From a virus (taxonomy: Duplodnaviria > Caudoviricetes): a DNA stretch of 51,247 bases. The notes beneath the pieces were generated by a model, which worked only from the letters and a program-made list of their open reading frames with translations, was not told the origin of the DNA and did not search any database. The DNA is taken from positions 1 through 51,247 of IMG/VR virus record IMGVR_UViG_3300005261_000065. One strand, written 5' to 3'. A program made the position numbers and the translations under genes. Of the stretch, positions 1 through 8,061 are shown one piece after another (within the stretch, counting starts at the first letter, position 1; every line of letters starts with the position of its first letter).

Positions 1-288
1 ATGTCTCCTTGTACCACACTAGAAAACGCTAAGCAATCTATTCCGCTACCAGATGTGGCAGCGATCAGGACCCGTTTCCGCGCATCAGGCCGTATGCTGA
101 CTCCTTGGGCAAGAGCAAAGGGGTTGAATACGGATATTTTCCGCCAGTTTATGAGCAACAAGATTAACCCCACGGGGCAACGGGTTCATCCAACCTACGA
201 CAGTATCGTTGCGAAGCTGCGAGAGGATAATCTCTGGGCGGAGCTGCCGCCAAAAACAATGCCCGAGGATGTCCAGAGAGCCGCGTGA
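1..288 (+). CDS. Cro/Ner-like small DNA-binding protein
   Basis: 95 aa; FRASGRMLTPWARAKGLNTDIFRQFM resembles phage Cro/Ner-type HTH; first gene of a rightward early operon; ends in RAA like many phage Cro proteins. Confidence 0.55.
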   Translation: MSPCTTLENAKQSIPLPDVAAIRTRFRASGRMLTPWARAKGLNTDIFRQFMSNKINPTGQRVHPTYDSIVAKLREDNLWAELPPKTMPEDVQRAA

Positions 289-301
289 CGTTGGGCTATC
301 A

Positions 302-318
302 TCCGCCATTTTTGCGGA
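302..318. promoter_or_regulatory. Palindromic operator-like motif, 17 bp variant (TCCGCCATTTTTGCGGA)
   Basis: 15/17 identical to 17463-17479; intergenic after the Cro-like gene. Confidence 0.5.
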
Positions 319-344
319 TGGACACAGGATTAAAAGGGACCGGT

Positions 345-893
345 ATGCGTGAAATGGTGAAAGTTGCGGAGGAACGGATCAAGGCGTGTGCGTCGTTTGG
401 CGAGGCGCTGCGGTTGTGCTGGGAAGTCTCGGGCCGGGGCAAGGGCGATGTTGCCTGGGATTGCGGTTGGAAGGATGGCGGGCGGGTTTTGTCGCGGATT
501 CTGCGCGATGCGGACGGCGACGATCAGCGCTATATGCCCCACCAGATGCTGGTGCCGTTCATGGTGGCCTGCCGGAACGCGGTGCCGCTGTGGTGGCTGA
601 TGCTGCAGCTGGAGATGAAGCCCGAGGATGCGCCGCATTTTGACACAGGCCGGGATTTCGTCGGTCAGTTTTTTGGAGAGCAGCAGGAGTGCCGGCGGTT
701 GCTGTCGGAGATCCTGGCAACGGTGAAGTCGTCCGATGCTGGGGACGCCAATGGCGAGGCCCATTTCTGCCTGGTGGAGCGCGAGGTTTTGCCGGCCTGG
801 CTGGTGTCTGAGTCGACGGATGTGTCACGGCGGTTCATGGTGTACATGGCCGAGGCCGGGGATCCGTTCAGGTGTTGGGGGGCAAACGTATGA
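345..893 (+). CDS. CII-like phage regulatory protein
   Basis: Position after Cro-like gene; ALRLCWEVSG...LSRIL...LVPFMVACRNAVPLWWL pattern of CII-like regulators; ATG 345 with RBS. Confidence 0.5.
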   Translation: MREMVKVAEERIKACASFGEALRLCWEVSGRGKGDVAWDCGWKDGGRVLSRILRDADGDDQRYMPHQMLVPFMVACRNAVPLWWLMLQLEMKPEDAPHFDTGRDFVGQFFGEQQECRRLLSEILATVKSSDAGDANGEAHFCLVEREVLPAWLVSESTDVSRRFMVYMAEAGDPFRCWGANV

Positions 894-1138
894 ATTCGCA
901 ATTACAGGCGGCGATCGACCGCCGAAATCGGGAGACGGCCGGGGCACGGCGTCAGCATTTCGAAAGGAAGGCTACCGATCAGAAGCATCACGAAAACCTT
1001 CTGGGCCATGTGGAGGTGCTGGTGGATGCCCTGCGCAAGGATATCGCGGCCGGGATGGTGACCAGCAGTAATCTGCGGGAGGCTCTGCGTGAAATCGGGC
1101 CGGCGATTGCGTTGTCGAAGAAGCGGTTGCTTCCATGA
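890..1138 (+). CDS. hypothetical protein
   Basis: ATGA overlap with both neighbours. Confidence 0.6.
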   Translation: MNSQLQAAIDRRNRETAGARRQHFERKATDQKHHENLLGHVEVLVDALRKDIAAGMVTSSNLREALREIGPAIALSKKRLLP

Positions 1139-1269
1139 CCCGGCGGGAGTGCCCGATCTGCGGGTTTTTCGATGATCTGACCGAGCTTCCCCAGGTGCTG
1201 AATATCGGTGAAGAGCCGGTTTGCCTGGCCTGCTATTTCTGGGCGCTGTCGATTGCGGGGGATCTATGA
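1135..1269 (+). CDS. small zinc-finger protein (44 aa; not in ORF track)
   Basis: MTRRECPICG...PVCLACYFW, two CxxC pairs; ATGA overlaps at both ends. Confidence 0.6.
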   Translation: MTRRECPICGFFDDLTELPQVLNIGEEPVCLACYFWALSIAGDL

Positions 1270-1403
1270 ACCGGGTCAAGTTCGTTACCAAGGCGCTCTA
1301 TGCCATGGGGCAGATCGGCGAGATGTTCGAAGAGGACGAGCTGGACGGGATGCTGCAGATCTTGTCGGCGGTGATTATCGAGAATAGGGAGAAGACGCGA
1401 TGA
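1266..1403 (+). CDS. hypothetical protein
   Basis: Translationally coupled (ATGA) on both sides. Confidence 0.55.
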   Translation: MNRVKFVTKALYAMGQIGEMFEEDELDGMLQILSAVIIENREKTR

Positions 1404-1711
1404 CGGTTCCGGAACTGTTCAGGATGCTGGCGGACGAGACGGAGAAGCGCCAGGCGGCCGAAGCGGAGATAGAGCGGTTGCGGGCGGAGCTGGAGGAAGC
1501 CAGGGCCGCGGTGCAGAAGGTTGTGCCCAGCCAGATGTTCGATACCTCTGGCGCGGCACTGTATCTGGGTATTTCGCCTTCTTTTCTGGAAAAGGACCGG
1601 ATGAACAATCCGCCCCGGATTTCTTATGTCAAGGTTTCGCCGCGAGCCATCCGGTACGCGAAGGCTGATCTGGATGCATATAAGGATAATCGTAAAAAAA
1701 GAGCTGCTTGA
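1400..1711 (+). CDS. AlpA/excisionase-like HTH DNA-binding protein
   Basis: Coiled coil plus FDTSGAALYLGISPSFLEKDR...YVKVSPRAIRYAKADLDAY, a Xis/AlpA winged-helix pattern. Confidence 0.75.
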   Translation: MTVPELFRMLADETEKRQAAEAEIERLRAELEEARAAVQKVVPSQMFDTSGAALYLGISPSFLEKDRMNNPPRISYVKVSPRAIRYAKADLDAYKDNRKKRAA

Positions 1712-1723
1712 AGGAGGCATCCA

Positions 1724-1921
1724 ATGACAAGTGAGGAAAAGCGGGCTTTTTTGGTGTTGATCCTGGTGGTGGTGGCGATGGGGATTTGTGGAGCCTATGA
1801 GAATTATGTTCCGGATACGCCGGCGCCGGCCGTGAAGCCGAACCAGGCGCAGTTCGGGGTGACGCTGGGGCAGGTGGTTGCCCGGGGCGAGGAACTGGCC
1901 GAGCAGGAACGGCGACGATGA
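1724..1921 (+). CDS. small membrane protein
   Basis: AGGAGG RBS; hydrophobic AFLVLILVVVAMGICGA. Confidence 0.6.
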   Translation: MTSEEKRAFLVLILVVVAMGICGAYENYVPDTPAPAVKPNQAQFGVTLGQVVARGEELAEQERRR

Positions 1922-2058
1922 TCGAGGCGGCCGGGCTTGTACTCAGAGGAATTATGTTCGTCCTGGGGTGCATGCTGGTGGCTGCGGGGTTGCTGTTGCT
2001 GGTGGGGTGGGAGAGAACGGGAAGTGGTGAGCAGGAAAAGGAAGAAGATACGCGCTGA
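1918..2058 (+). CDS. small membrane protein (46 aa; not in ORF track)
   Basis: ATGA overlap; MIEAAGLVLRGIMFVLGCMLVAAGLLLLVGW single TM. Confidence 0.5.
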   Translation: MIEAAGLVLRGIMFVLGCMLVAAGLLLLVGWERTGSGEQEKEEDTR

Positions 2059-2215
2059 TAGGGAAAAGCCCTATCACCAGTGCGAGAGTTGCGAGAAGAC
2101 CGAGCGCCAGTGTGGCCCGGCACAGCGACAGGAGACCGCCCGGCGCCAACTTTTAGAATACTACGAGTGCCCGGATAGGGACGCACCCTGGTGGGAGCGG
2201 TTGAATGCGGCTTGA
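2027..2215 (+). CDS. hypothetical Cys-containing protein
   Basis: GTG start; CESC...C...YYECP. Confidence 0.45.
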   Translation: MSRKRKKIRADREKPYHQCESCEKTERQCGPAQRQETARRQLLEYYECPDRDAPWWERLNAA

Positions 2216-2220
2216 AGGCG

Positions 2221-2262
2221 GGGACCGGGGACTGGGGATCGGGAACTAGGGACCGGGAATCA
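2221..2262 (+). repeat. G-rich heptamer tandem repeat (6 units, consensus GGGACCR)
   Basis: GGGACCG GGGACTG GGGATCG GGAACTA GGGACCG GGAATCA, intergenic. Confidence 0.9.
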
Positions 2263-2275
2263 AAAAGGAGGATTC

Positions 2276-2512
2276 GTGGACTCGAAAAAGCTTGCGGCGG
2301 CTGTCAGGGAATTGAAGGGGACTGTTGACGAAATTGTCGACTGTCCGAATGCGGCTATCTCTGTTTTTGAGGACGAACTCAATGATGTCAGAGGGCTGTT
2401 GAGTGTGCTGGCAAACATGGTTGAGGGAATGCCTGTAGAGCGTGCGTTTGGTTCCCCTGGTGACTGGGGTTATGGAACGCCGATAGGGGATGCGCTTGCA
2501 AGCAGGGAGTAG
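2276..2512 (+). CDS. hypothetical phage protein
   Basis: AAGGAGG RBS, GTG start; ends AFGSPGDWGYGTPIGDAL. Confidence 0.65.
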   Translation: MDSKKLAAAVRELKGTVDEIVDCPNAAISVFEDELNDVRGLLSVLANMVEGMPVERAFGSPGDWGYGTPIGDALASRE

Positions 2513-2552
2513 CGGCCAGACTGCTGGATTAAAACATTGAAAGGAGGAGAGA

Positions 2553-2930
2553 ATGGCAGGAGAAGAGTTTCCGATAGTAAGCCTTGATACGCTGATGGGC
2601 GGCGAGATCATCGAGCGCTTCAAGCACGAGTTCGGACGGGTGGTCGAGAATATCGGCGACCCGAACACGACCCTGGACAAGCGCAGCGTGACGATCACCC
2701 TGTCGGCGAAGCCGAGCAAGAGCCGTCAGCAGGTTGATGTGACGGCCAAGTTCGTAACCAAGCTGGCGCCGACCGAGGCAATGGATACCACGGTGTTCAT
2801 CAGCCTGACGAAACATGGCCTGGTTGCGTCGGAGTACAACCCGAGACAGCCGAATCTGCCGGTGGTGATGGAGACGGATCCCGGAGCGAATGTGGTACCA
2901 ATCAACCGAAATGGAGGGAGTCAGGCATGA
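2553..2930 (+). CDS. conserved phage protein (YfdP-like, often annotated replication terminator protein)
   Basis: GGEIIERF...VVENIGDPNT...RSVTITL motif; coupled to the next gene as a known phage gene pair. Confidence 0.65.
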   Translation: MAGEEFPIVSLDTLMGGEIIERFKHEFGRVVENIGDPNTTLDKRSVTITLSAKPSKSRQQVDVTAKFVTKLAPTEAMDTTVFISLTKHGLVASEYNPRQPNLPVVMETDPGANVVPINRNGGSQA

Positions 2931-3658
2931 GTTTGACGGAAAAAACGACGCTTGAATATGTGGCAGGGCTGGCCAAACCGGAAGCGATCGAGCTTGAGGG
3001 GCGGCCCTATACCACGGCCAAGGTGCACCCCGTGGCGACACCGCTGCCGGAATGTATGGTGATCCACACCCTGACCGGAGTGCGGGATTACCTGGTGGAG
3101 AACATCGACGGCCTGGAGCTGGATCGTCTTCTGATCCAGGTTCTGACGCCGAAGGTCGTGCGGGTACGGTCGAGGCTGACCGGCCCCTTCGAGGACAGGG
3201 CGTGTTATCTGACGGCAAATCACGAACAGCCGGAGTTCCAGTTCGGAAAATATTACGATATCGAGTCGTTCATCATCGAACTGCAGTCCAAGTTCGTCCA
3301 GGACGATATGACCGCCAATATCCTGCAGCTGGTGGGCAACATCACGGACGATATGATCAATATCTATGCCGACGACGGTATCACGCAACAAGTCAACACC
3401 AAGAACGGCGTGGGGATGAAAGAGGGCCGGCCGGTGCCGAACCCGGTCGTTCTTTCGCCCCGGCGGACCTTCAACGAGATCTTCCAGCCGGAGGGGCGCT
3501 TTGTGTTCCGCCTGAAGAGTGGATCGGGCTCGACGACCGGCCGGCCGCTGGTGGCGCTGTTTGAGGCGGATGGCGGAATGTGGGAATTGAAGGCGATCGA
3601 GTTCATACGCAAGTGGCTGCGGGACAATGTGCCCGAGGACGTGACGATCATAGCTTGA
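2927..3658 (+). CDS. conserved phage protein (YfdQ/DUF2303-like)
   Basis: DDGITQ...VPNPVVLSPRRTFNEIFQPE...ALFEADGGMW motifs. Confidence 0.65.
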   Translation: MSLTEKTTLEYVAGLAKPEAIELEGRPYTTAKVHPVATPLPECMVIHTLTGVRDYLVENIDGLELDRLLIQVLTPKVVRVRSRLTGPFEDRACYLTANHEQPEFQFGKYYDIESFIIELQSKFVQDDMTANILQLVGNITDDMINIYADDGITQQVNTKNGVGMKEGRPVPNPVVLSPRRTFNEIFQPEGRFVFRLKSGSGSTTGRPLVALFEADGGMWELKAIEFIRKWLRDNVPEDVTIIA

Positions 3659-3663
3659 TATCG

Positions 3664-3737
3664 GGGACCGGGGACCGGGGATCGGGGACTGGGGAAGTCA
3701 AAAGCCTTTGCTGGTCCCTGGTCCCTAGTCCCTGGTC
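3664..3737. repeat. Inverted heptamer arrays forming a long hairpin
   Basis: 4x GGGA(C/T)(C/T)G at 3664-3691 facing TGGTCCC TGGTCCC TAGTCCC TGGTC at 3712-3737; intergenic. Confidence 0.9.
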
Positions 3738-3755
3738 ATAAAGGGAGGATTTTCG

Positions 3756-4595
3756 ATGAAATGTTTTTATCACAACGCCGATCTGGACGGGAAGTGCAGC
3801 GGGGCGATCGTCAAGATGTTCGTGCCGGAGATGGAACTGATCGGTATCAACTATGGCCAGCCGTTCCCCTGGGAGACGATCTGTACCGGTGAAACGGTCT
3901 GGATGGTCGATTTCAGTCTCCAGCCGTTTGAGGATATGGAGCGGCTGAATGAATTGTGCAACCTGGTTTGGATCGATCACCACAAGTCGGCGATCGAGGA
4001 GGCGCACATGCGCGGCTTTCTGGCCGGCGGGGCGCAGTTTCTGCAAGATGGCACGGCCGCTTGCGAGTTGACTTGGAAGGCGTGCGGTTGCGGGGCTGTC
4101 CCGCAGGCGGTGTATCTGCTGGGGCGCTACGATGTCTGGGCATGGCGGGATGTCCCGCTGGCGCTGGAGTTCCAGTACGGCATGCGACAGTACGAGGCCG
4201 ACCCGGCGGATATGGAGTTCTGGGAGCGGCTGTTCCGCGGTGATGCCGTTGGCAATATCATCGCCCAGGGCCGCAATCTGCTGGCCTTTGAGCAGCGACA
4301 GAACGAGATGTATGCCAAGTCATGCGCTTTCGAGACAACCCTGGACGGACTGCGTTGCATCGCGGTCAACAAGGGGCTGACGAATTCACTGCTGTTCAAG
4401 GCGGTCTATGATCCGGCCAAGCACGATGCGATGATTTCGTTTGTCTGGCGCAAGGGGCAGTGGAAGGTCAGCATCTATGCCGACAAGCCGGATGTGGATG
4501 CGTCGGCGATCGCCAGGCGCTACGGCGGGGGCGGGCACAAGGGGGCGGCTGGTTTTCAGTGCGATTTGCTGTTTTTGCCGTTCGAGGTCTGCTGA
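3756..4595 (+). CDS. DHH/DHHA1 phosphoesterase (nanoRNase/NrnB-like)
   Basis: YHNADLDG, MVDFS, IDHH and GGGGHKGAAGF motifs. Confidence 0.9.
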   Translation: MKCFYHNADLDGKCSGAIVKMFVPEMELIGINYGQPFPWETICTGETVWMVDFSLQPFEDMERLNELCNLVWIDHHKSAIEEAHMRGFLAGGAQFLQDGTAACELTWKACGCGAVPQAVYLLGRYDVWAWRDVPLALEFQYGMRQYEADPADMEFWERLFRGDAVGNIIAQGRNLLAFEQRQNEMYAKSCAFETTLDGLRCIAVNKGLTNSLLFKAVYDPAKHDAMISFVWRKGQWKVSIYADKPDVDASAIARRYGGGGHKGAAGFQCDLLFLPFEVC

Positions 4596-4596
4596 T

Positions 4597-4983
4597 ATGG
4601 GCCGCCGTTATGCTCCTGTCGTCAAGCCGTGCCGCTACTGCGGCACAATGACCGAGTTTGAAAACAACATGCAGCGGACGTGCAAGCCGTGCCAGAAGAT
4701 CAACTTGAAGGCGGCGGTGAAGCAGGCCAATGAGCGCCGCAGGAATGGCGAGAGGCGGGCACGCGAGGAGTACCGGCCCACCAGATCGCTCACCCACCCC
4801 ACTCCGCTTCGCAAGCGACCGAAGAAAAAAGCGGATCCGGCACTGGAGATCGATATGGCCAGGGGCGAGTTGACGGCGTTTTGCCGGGTTTTGGGGGTTG
4901 GGCCGTCCGGGCCGGTACGGCACATCCAGCCGGGATCGGCCGAGTTTGCCCAGCTGGCCAGGATGTACGGGGGGGCACGGTGA
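4597..4983 (+). CDS. hypothetical zinc-ribbon protein
   Basis: CRYC...CKPC followed by a basic region. Confidence 0.6.
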   Translation: MGRRYAPVVKPCRYCGTMTEFENNMQRTCKPCQKINLKAAVKQANERRRNGERRAREEYRPTRSLTHPTPLRKRPKKKADPALEIDMARGELTAFCRVLGVGPSGPVRHIQPGSAEFAQLARMYGGAR

Positions 4984-5453
4984 AGAGTTATTGTTATCTG
5001 GGGCATGTCTGGCATGCCGAGTTTGCGCATTCGCTCTGCCCGTTCTGCCATGCTCCGGCGCTGGGCTCGGTACGGCTGAAGGATATCGACCGGGTGATGG
5101 CGGGTATCGTCTATGGCCTGGAGCGCTCGGTGCTGCTGCACGGCGATTGGCGCAATTACGGCCTGGGCCGGATGTTGTGGGTGATCGGCCGGGAGGCGCT
5201 GGAGGTGCTGCGGGCGCTGGCCCGGGGGGACCTCCACGGCCCGCATGGCGTGGTGGCGGAACTGCGCGATGTGGCTATCTGTTGCATCAAGGCGGTGATG
5301 GTGTTGAAGCGGGATCGGGGACTGGGGACCAGGGATCGGGGAAACCGAAGAGGGGGCAGGCGTGAAAATGGTACTGATTGTTTTGATGGCCGTGTTGTGC
5401 GGGTGCGCCGGGGTGAAGTCTCCGCCCGCGACGGCTCCGGCGAAATGCACTGA
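4980..5453 (+). CDS. hypothetical protein, possibly degenerate MazG-like helical fold
   Basis: GTGA overlap; REALEV...AELRDVAICCIKAV weakly MazG-like; C-terminus runs through a heptamer array. Confidence 0.45.
   Translation: MKSYCYLGHVWHAEFAHSLCPFCHAPALGSVRLKDIDRVMAGIVYGLERSVLLHGDWRNYGLGRMLWVIGREALEVLRALARGDLHGPHGVVAELRDVAICCIKAVMVLKRDRGLGTRDRGNRRGGRRENGTDCFDGRVVRVRRGEVSARDGSGEMH
5311..5345 (+). repeat. G-rich heptamer tandem repeat
   Basis: GGGATCG GGGACTG GGGACCA GGGATCG GGGAAAC. Confidence 0.9.
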
Positions 5454-5559
5454 GTCCGAGATGGCGCTGCAGCGGGAGTTGCTGGACGCGGTGAAGCGCT
5501 GCGGCAATGACAAGGAGTGTCTGTTCTGGCTGGCGTTTGTCATGCCGAGGTGCTGGTGA
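5362..5559 (+). CDS. small lipoprotein
   Basis: MKMVLIVLMAVLCGC signal peptide with lipobox. Confidence 0.7.
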   Translation: MKMVLIVLMAVLCGCAGVKSPPATAPAKCTESEMALQRELLDAVKRCGNDKECLFWLAFVMPRCW

Positions 5560-5673
5560 TGGGTGCGACGAAAAAGGTACGCCGGGGTCTGTGGGATGCG
5601 GAGGATTGTGATGATTGATTACCGGCACCGCTTCCGCAAGCCGGGCCAGCGATGTCGCCACGAAGGGGAGAGT

Positions 5674-6183
5674 ATGGAACTGACAAAAGAAACATTTGAC
5701 GACTTCATTTCGCGTCTGAAATACCACAATCAAGGCGAAGGCGTTGATGACCATTGTACGGCAGAACCTCTTTTTATTGTGCAATCGCGGAAACGGCACG
5801 TTGGTCTAGATTTACAATATGACCCGCCTACACTCTGGGTAGATTGCCCTGAGCATGAAACCGAATATGAAACATATGAAGAACTCCGAGAAGCGGCTGC
5901 TGAATACGAAGCAGAAAACGAATGCACTCTTGATGAATGGGATTTCCGCTTCGACGATGAAATACTCCACAACGGTGAAGTCGTATTCCAGAAAGTCGGC
6001 TACTTCGACACATGGGAGTTTGTTACTGCACATTTCACCAAAGAGGCGGCAGAAGCGTTCATTGCGAGAAAGAAGCACGATCACAGAAAACTCCGCATTT
6101 ACATAGAAGCACAGATTTACTGTTGGGAGTGGAACGCCATCGTCAAGGGTTTTTTGACTGGCAAGATAACATTCAACGAATAG
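5674..6183 (+). CDS. conserved phage hypothetical protein; putative gene cassette 1
   Basis: CTAEPLFIVQ...AHFTKEAAEAFIARKKHD motif seen in phage early genes; lower GC than flanks; stop codon is 2 nt before the attC site. Confidence 0.75.
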   Translation: MELTKETFDDFISRLKYHNQGEGVDDHCTAEPLFIVQSRKRHVGLDLQYDPPTLWVDCPEHETEYETYEELREAAAEYEAENECTLDEWDFRFDDEILHNGEVVFQKVGYFDTWEFVTAHFTKEAAEAFIARKKHDHRKLRIYIEAQIYCWEWNAIVKGFLTGKITFNE

Positions 6184-6185
6184 CC

Positions 6186-6248
6186 ACATAACGGCTTGAG
6201 GCTGTGTGGTGGAGCGAAGCGACAACCATCACCAGCCGATTGTTATAC
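6186..6248. mobile_element. attC: attC-like integron recombination site (63 bp)
   Basis: ACATAAC(6186-92)...GGCTGTGTGGT / ACCATCACCAGCC...GTTATAC(6242-48): AAC/GTT R boxes, inner stem with unpaired bases, GCGAAGC core; intergenic and near an IntI gene. Confidence 0.8.
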
Positions 6249-6272
6249 ATCGAAGCTTCAGGAGCCACGAAG

Positions 6273-6767
6273 ATGGAAAATAAATTACACATTCTGCAGC
6301 ACTCTCTCGGCCTGGACCAGTACGGCCACGGCAACCAGTACCGCAATCATTTTGCCACTGGTCCCGGCAGTGATGATTTTGACGCTTGCAATGAGTTGGT
6401 CGGCATGGGGCTGATGCAGGATTTCGGGACCCGTTCATGGACTGGTGATATGCACTGTTTCGTCGTCACTCCGGCAGGCATTGACTACGTGGCGTTGAAT
6501 AGTCCGAAACGCCCGCCTGCTCCGAAACAGACAGCCAGTCAAAAGCGGTATCAGGATTATATGGACTCCGATTGTGGCCTGACTTTCGCTGAATGGATCG
6601 GGGTGCAAACCAAAATTGAAACCCATTACGGCACTGGCGAGATACGTTTTACGAATGGCAAAACCGGATGGGAGAAAATAGCAGGCCCACCGGCAAAGAC
6701 CATCAAAGAGGCAAAAGCAGGTTACAAGGCGGCGTTACGTGAGCGGCGTTACCTACCCTGTAACTAG
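6273..6767 (+). CDS. conserved phage hypothetical protein; putative gene cassette 2
   Basis: LHILQHSLGLDQYG..QYRNHF motif; bounded by inverted TGTTATACATC (6241-51) / GATGTATAACA (6769-79). Confidence 0.75.
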   Translation: MENKLHILQHSLGLDQYGHGNQYRNHFATGPGSDDFDACNELVGMGLMQDFGTRSWTGDMHCFVVTPAGIDYVALNSPKRPPAPKQTASQKRYQDYMDSDCGLTFAEWIGVQTKIETHYGTGEIRFTNGKTGWEKIAGPPAKTIKEAKAGYKAALRERRYLPCN

Positions 6768-6768
6768 A

Positions 6769-6810
6769 GATGTATAACATCTGATTCCACGGTCAAATGG
6801 TCTGTATAAC
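6769..6810. mobile_element. putative attI-like site
   Basis: Direct repeat TGTATAAC at 6771-78 and 6803-10 (GTTATACA on minus strand) directly upstream of intI; no attC-type hairpin. Confidence 0.5.
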
Positions 6811-6832
6811 CGGATTTAAAAGGAGGGTCGTC

Positions 6833-7843
6833 ATGTCGGGAACCAAACCAAAGTTGCTGGAGCAGGTCTATAACTGCATGCGTCTCCAGCGGATGAGCCC
6901 CAGGACGATTGAGGTCTATCTGGAGTGGATCAAGCGCTATATCCGGCACCATCGCCAGTCGAACGGAAGTTATCGGCATCCTGGCGAGATGGGGGTGGTG
7001 GAGATTGGGCAGTTTCTGACTCACCTGGTAGGCGGCCGGAATGGTATTGCGGCCAGTACTCAGAAGCAGGCGCTGTGTGCACTGGTTTATCTGTATGGCC
7101 ACGTGCTCAAGATCAAGCTCGGCGATATCTCTTTTTTGCGCTCGAAACGCACTCCACGACTGCCGGAGGTTTTGAGCCGGGATGAGGTATGGCAGGTGCT
7201 GGACAATCTTCAAGGAGATATCTGGATCATGGCGGCGATGCTGTACGGTTGTGGATTGCGATTGATGGAGTGCTGCCAGTTGCGGGTTGGTGATGTGGAT
7301 TTCCAGCGCAAGACAGTGACGGTGCGGGCCGGCAAGGGGGACAAGGACCGCATGCTGCCGCTGCCGGATCTATTGGTTGTTCCGCTGGAGCAGCAATTTT
7401 CCCGTGTGCGGCGGATTCACGAGCAGGACCTGGCCGAAGGATGGGGGGCGGTTGTACTGCCCGGTGCGCTGGCGAAAAAATTGCCGAATGCCCCCTGGGA
7501 TATTCGCTGGCAGTGGATGTTTCCGGCGTCTGGCCGTTATGTTGAGAAAGATAGCGGTGTTAAACGGCGCTGGCATATGCACGAGACGGCTCTGCAAAAG
7601 CAATTGAAAGGCGCATCCAGACGGGCCGGGATAGTCAAGCGGGTTCACCCCCATGTGCTGCGGCATTCGTTCGCTACGCACTGGCTGGAGGATGCAACCG
7701 GTGCCCAGGATGTTGTTCTCCCCCGGTTGCAGCGGTTGATGGGACACGCCAAAATAGAGACGACGATGGTGTATGTGCACTTGATTACGCCAACACAGGT
7801 AGCGAGTCCGCTGGATCATCGACGTTGCGCGGTGGCGGCATGA
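6833..7843 (+). CDS. intI: integron integrase (IntI family tyrosine recombinase)
   Basis: ASTQKQALCALVYLY; catalytic R (YGCGLR), K (GKGDKDR), HxxR (HVLRHSFATH), H (LMGH), Y (TMVY); integron-specific insertion HEQDLAEGWGAVVLPGALAKKLPNA...WQWMFPAS...RRWHMHE; AGGAGG RBS. Confidence 0.92.
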   Translation: MSGTKPKLLEQVYNCMRLQRMSPRTIEVYLEWIKRYIRHHRQSNGSYRHPGEMGVVEIGQFLTHLVGGRNGIAASTQKQALCALVYLYGHVLKIKLGDISFLRSKRTPRLPEVLSRDEVWQVLDNLQGDIWIMAAMLYGCGLRLMECCQLRVGDVDFQRKTVTVRAGKGDKDRMLPLPDLLVVPLEQQFSRVRRIHEQDLAEGWGAVVLPGALAKKLPNAPWDIRWQWMFPASGRYVEKDSGVKRRWHMHETALQKQLKGASRRAGIVKRVHPHVLRHSFATHWLEDATGAQDVVLPRLQRLMGHAKIETTMVYVHLITPTQVASPLDHRRCAVAA

Positions 7844-8061
7844 CCATTCTTACCTGGCTCCTGACCATTCTCTCCCTGATCGGCGTCGTTCTCAACACGC
7901 ATCAGGATCGGCGCTGTTTCTATATCTGGATCGTGACGAACAGTTCGTGGGCGGTGGTGGACTTTTACAAGGGGATCTATGCTCAGGGGACCATGTTTGT
8001 GCTGTACCTGGTGCTGTCGGTCTGGGGGCTGTATCAGTGGCGGCGGAAGGGGAAGCGATGA
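7840..8061 (+). CDS. small PnuC-like membrane protein
   Basis: Three hydrophobic segments, CFYIWIVTN and WGLYQW motifs of short phage PnuC-like proteins. Confidence 0.7.
   Translation: MTILTWLLTILSLIGVVLNTHQDRRCFYIWIVTNSSWAVVDFYKGIYAQGTMFVLYLVLSVWGLYQWRRKGKR
8023..8050 (+). repeat. 28 bp direct repeat, copy 1 (copy 2 at 9635-9662)
   Basis: TGGGGGCTGTATCAGTGGCGGCGGAAGG vs TGGGGACTGTATCAGTGGAGACGGAAGG, 25/28. Confidence 0.85.

Noticed and set aside
5036-5052. CxxCH heme-binding motif (CPFCH)
   Set aside because: Single motif, no signal peptide; more likely metal-binding or chance
2221-5345. Heptamer arrays as CRISPR
   Set aside because: Units are 7 bp with no unique spacers and no cas genes
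5560-5673. Second attC upstream of cassette 1
   Set aside because: No AAC...GTT bounded hairpin or GTTATGT start found; the left end of that cassette is undefined
6833-7843. Integrase as the prophage's own integration enzyme
   Set aside because: It has the IntI-specific insertion and an adjacent attC, and sits mid-operon rather than at a prophage end; not strictly excluded
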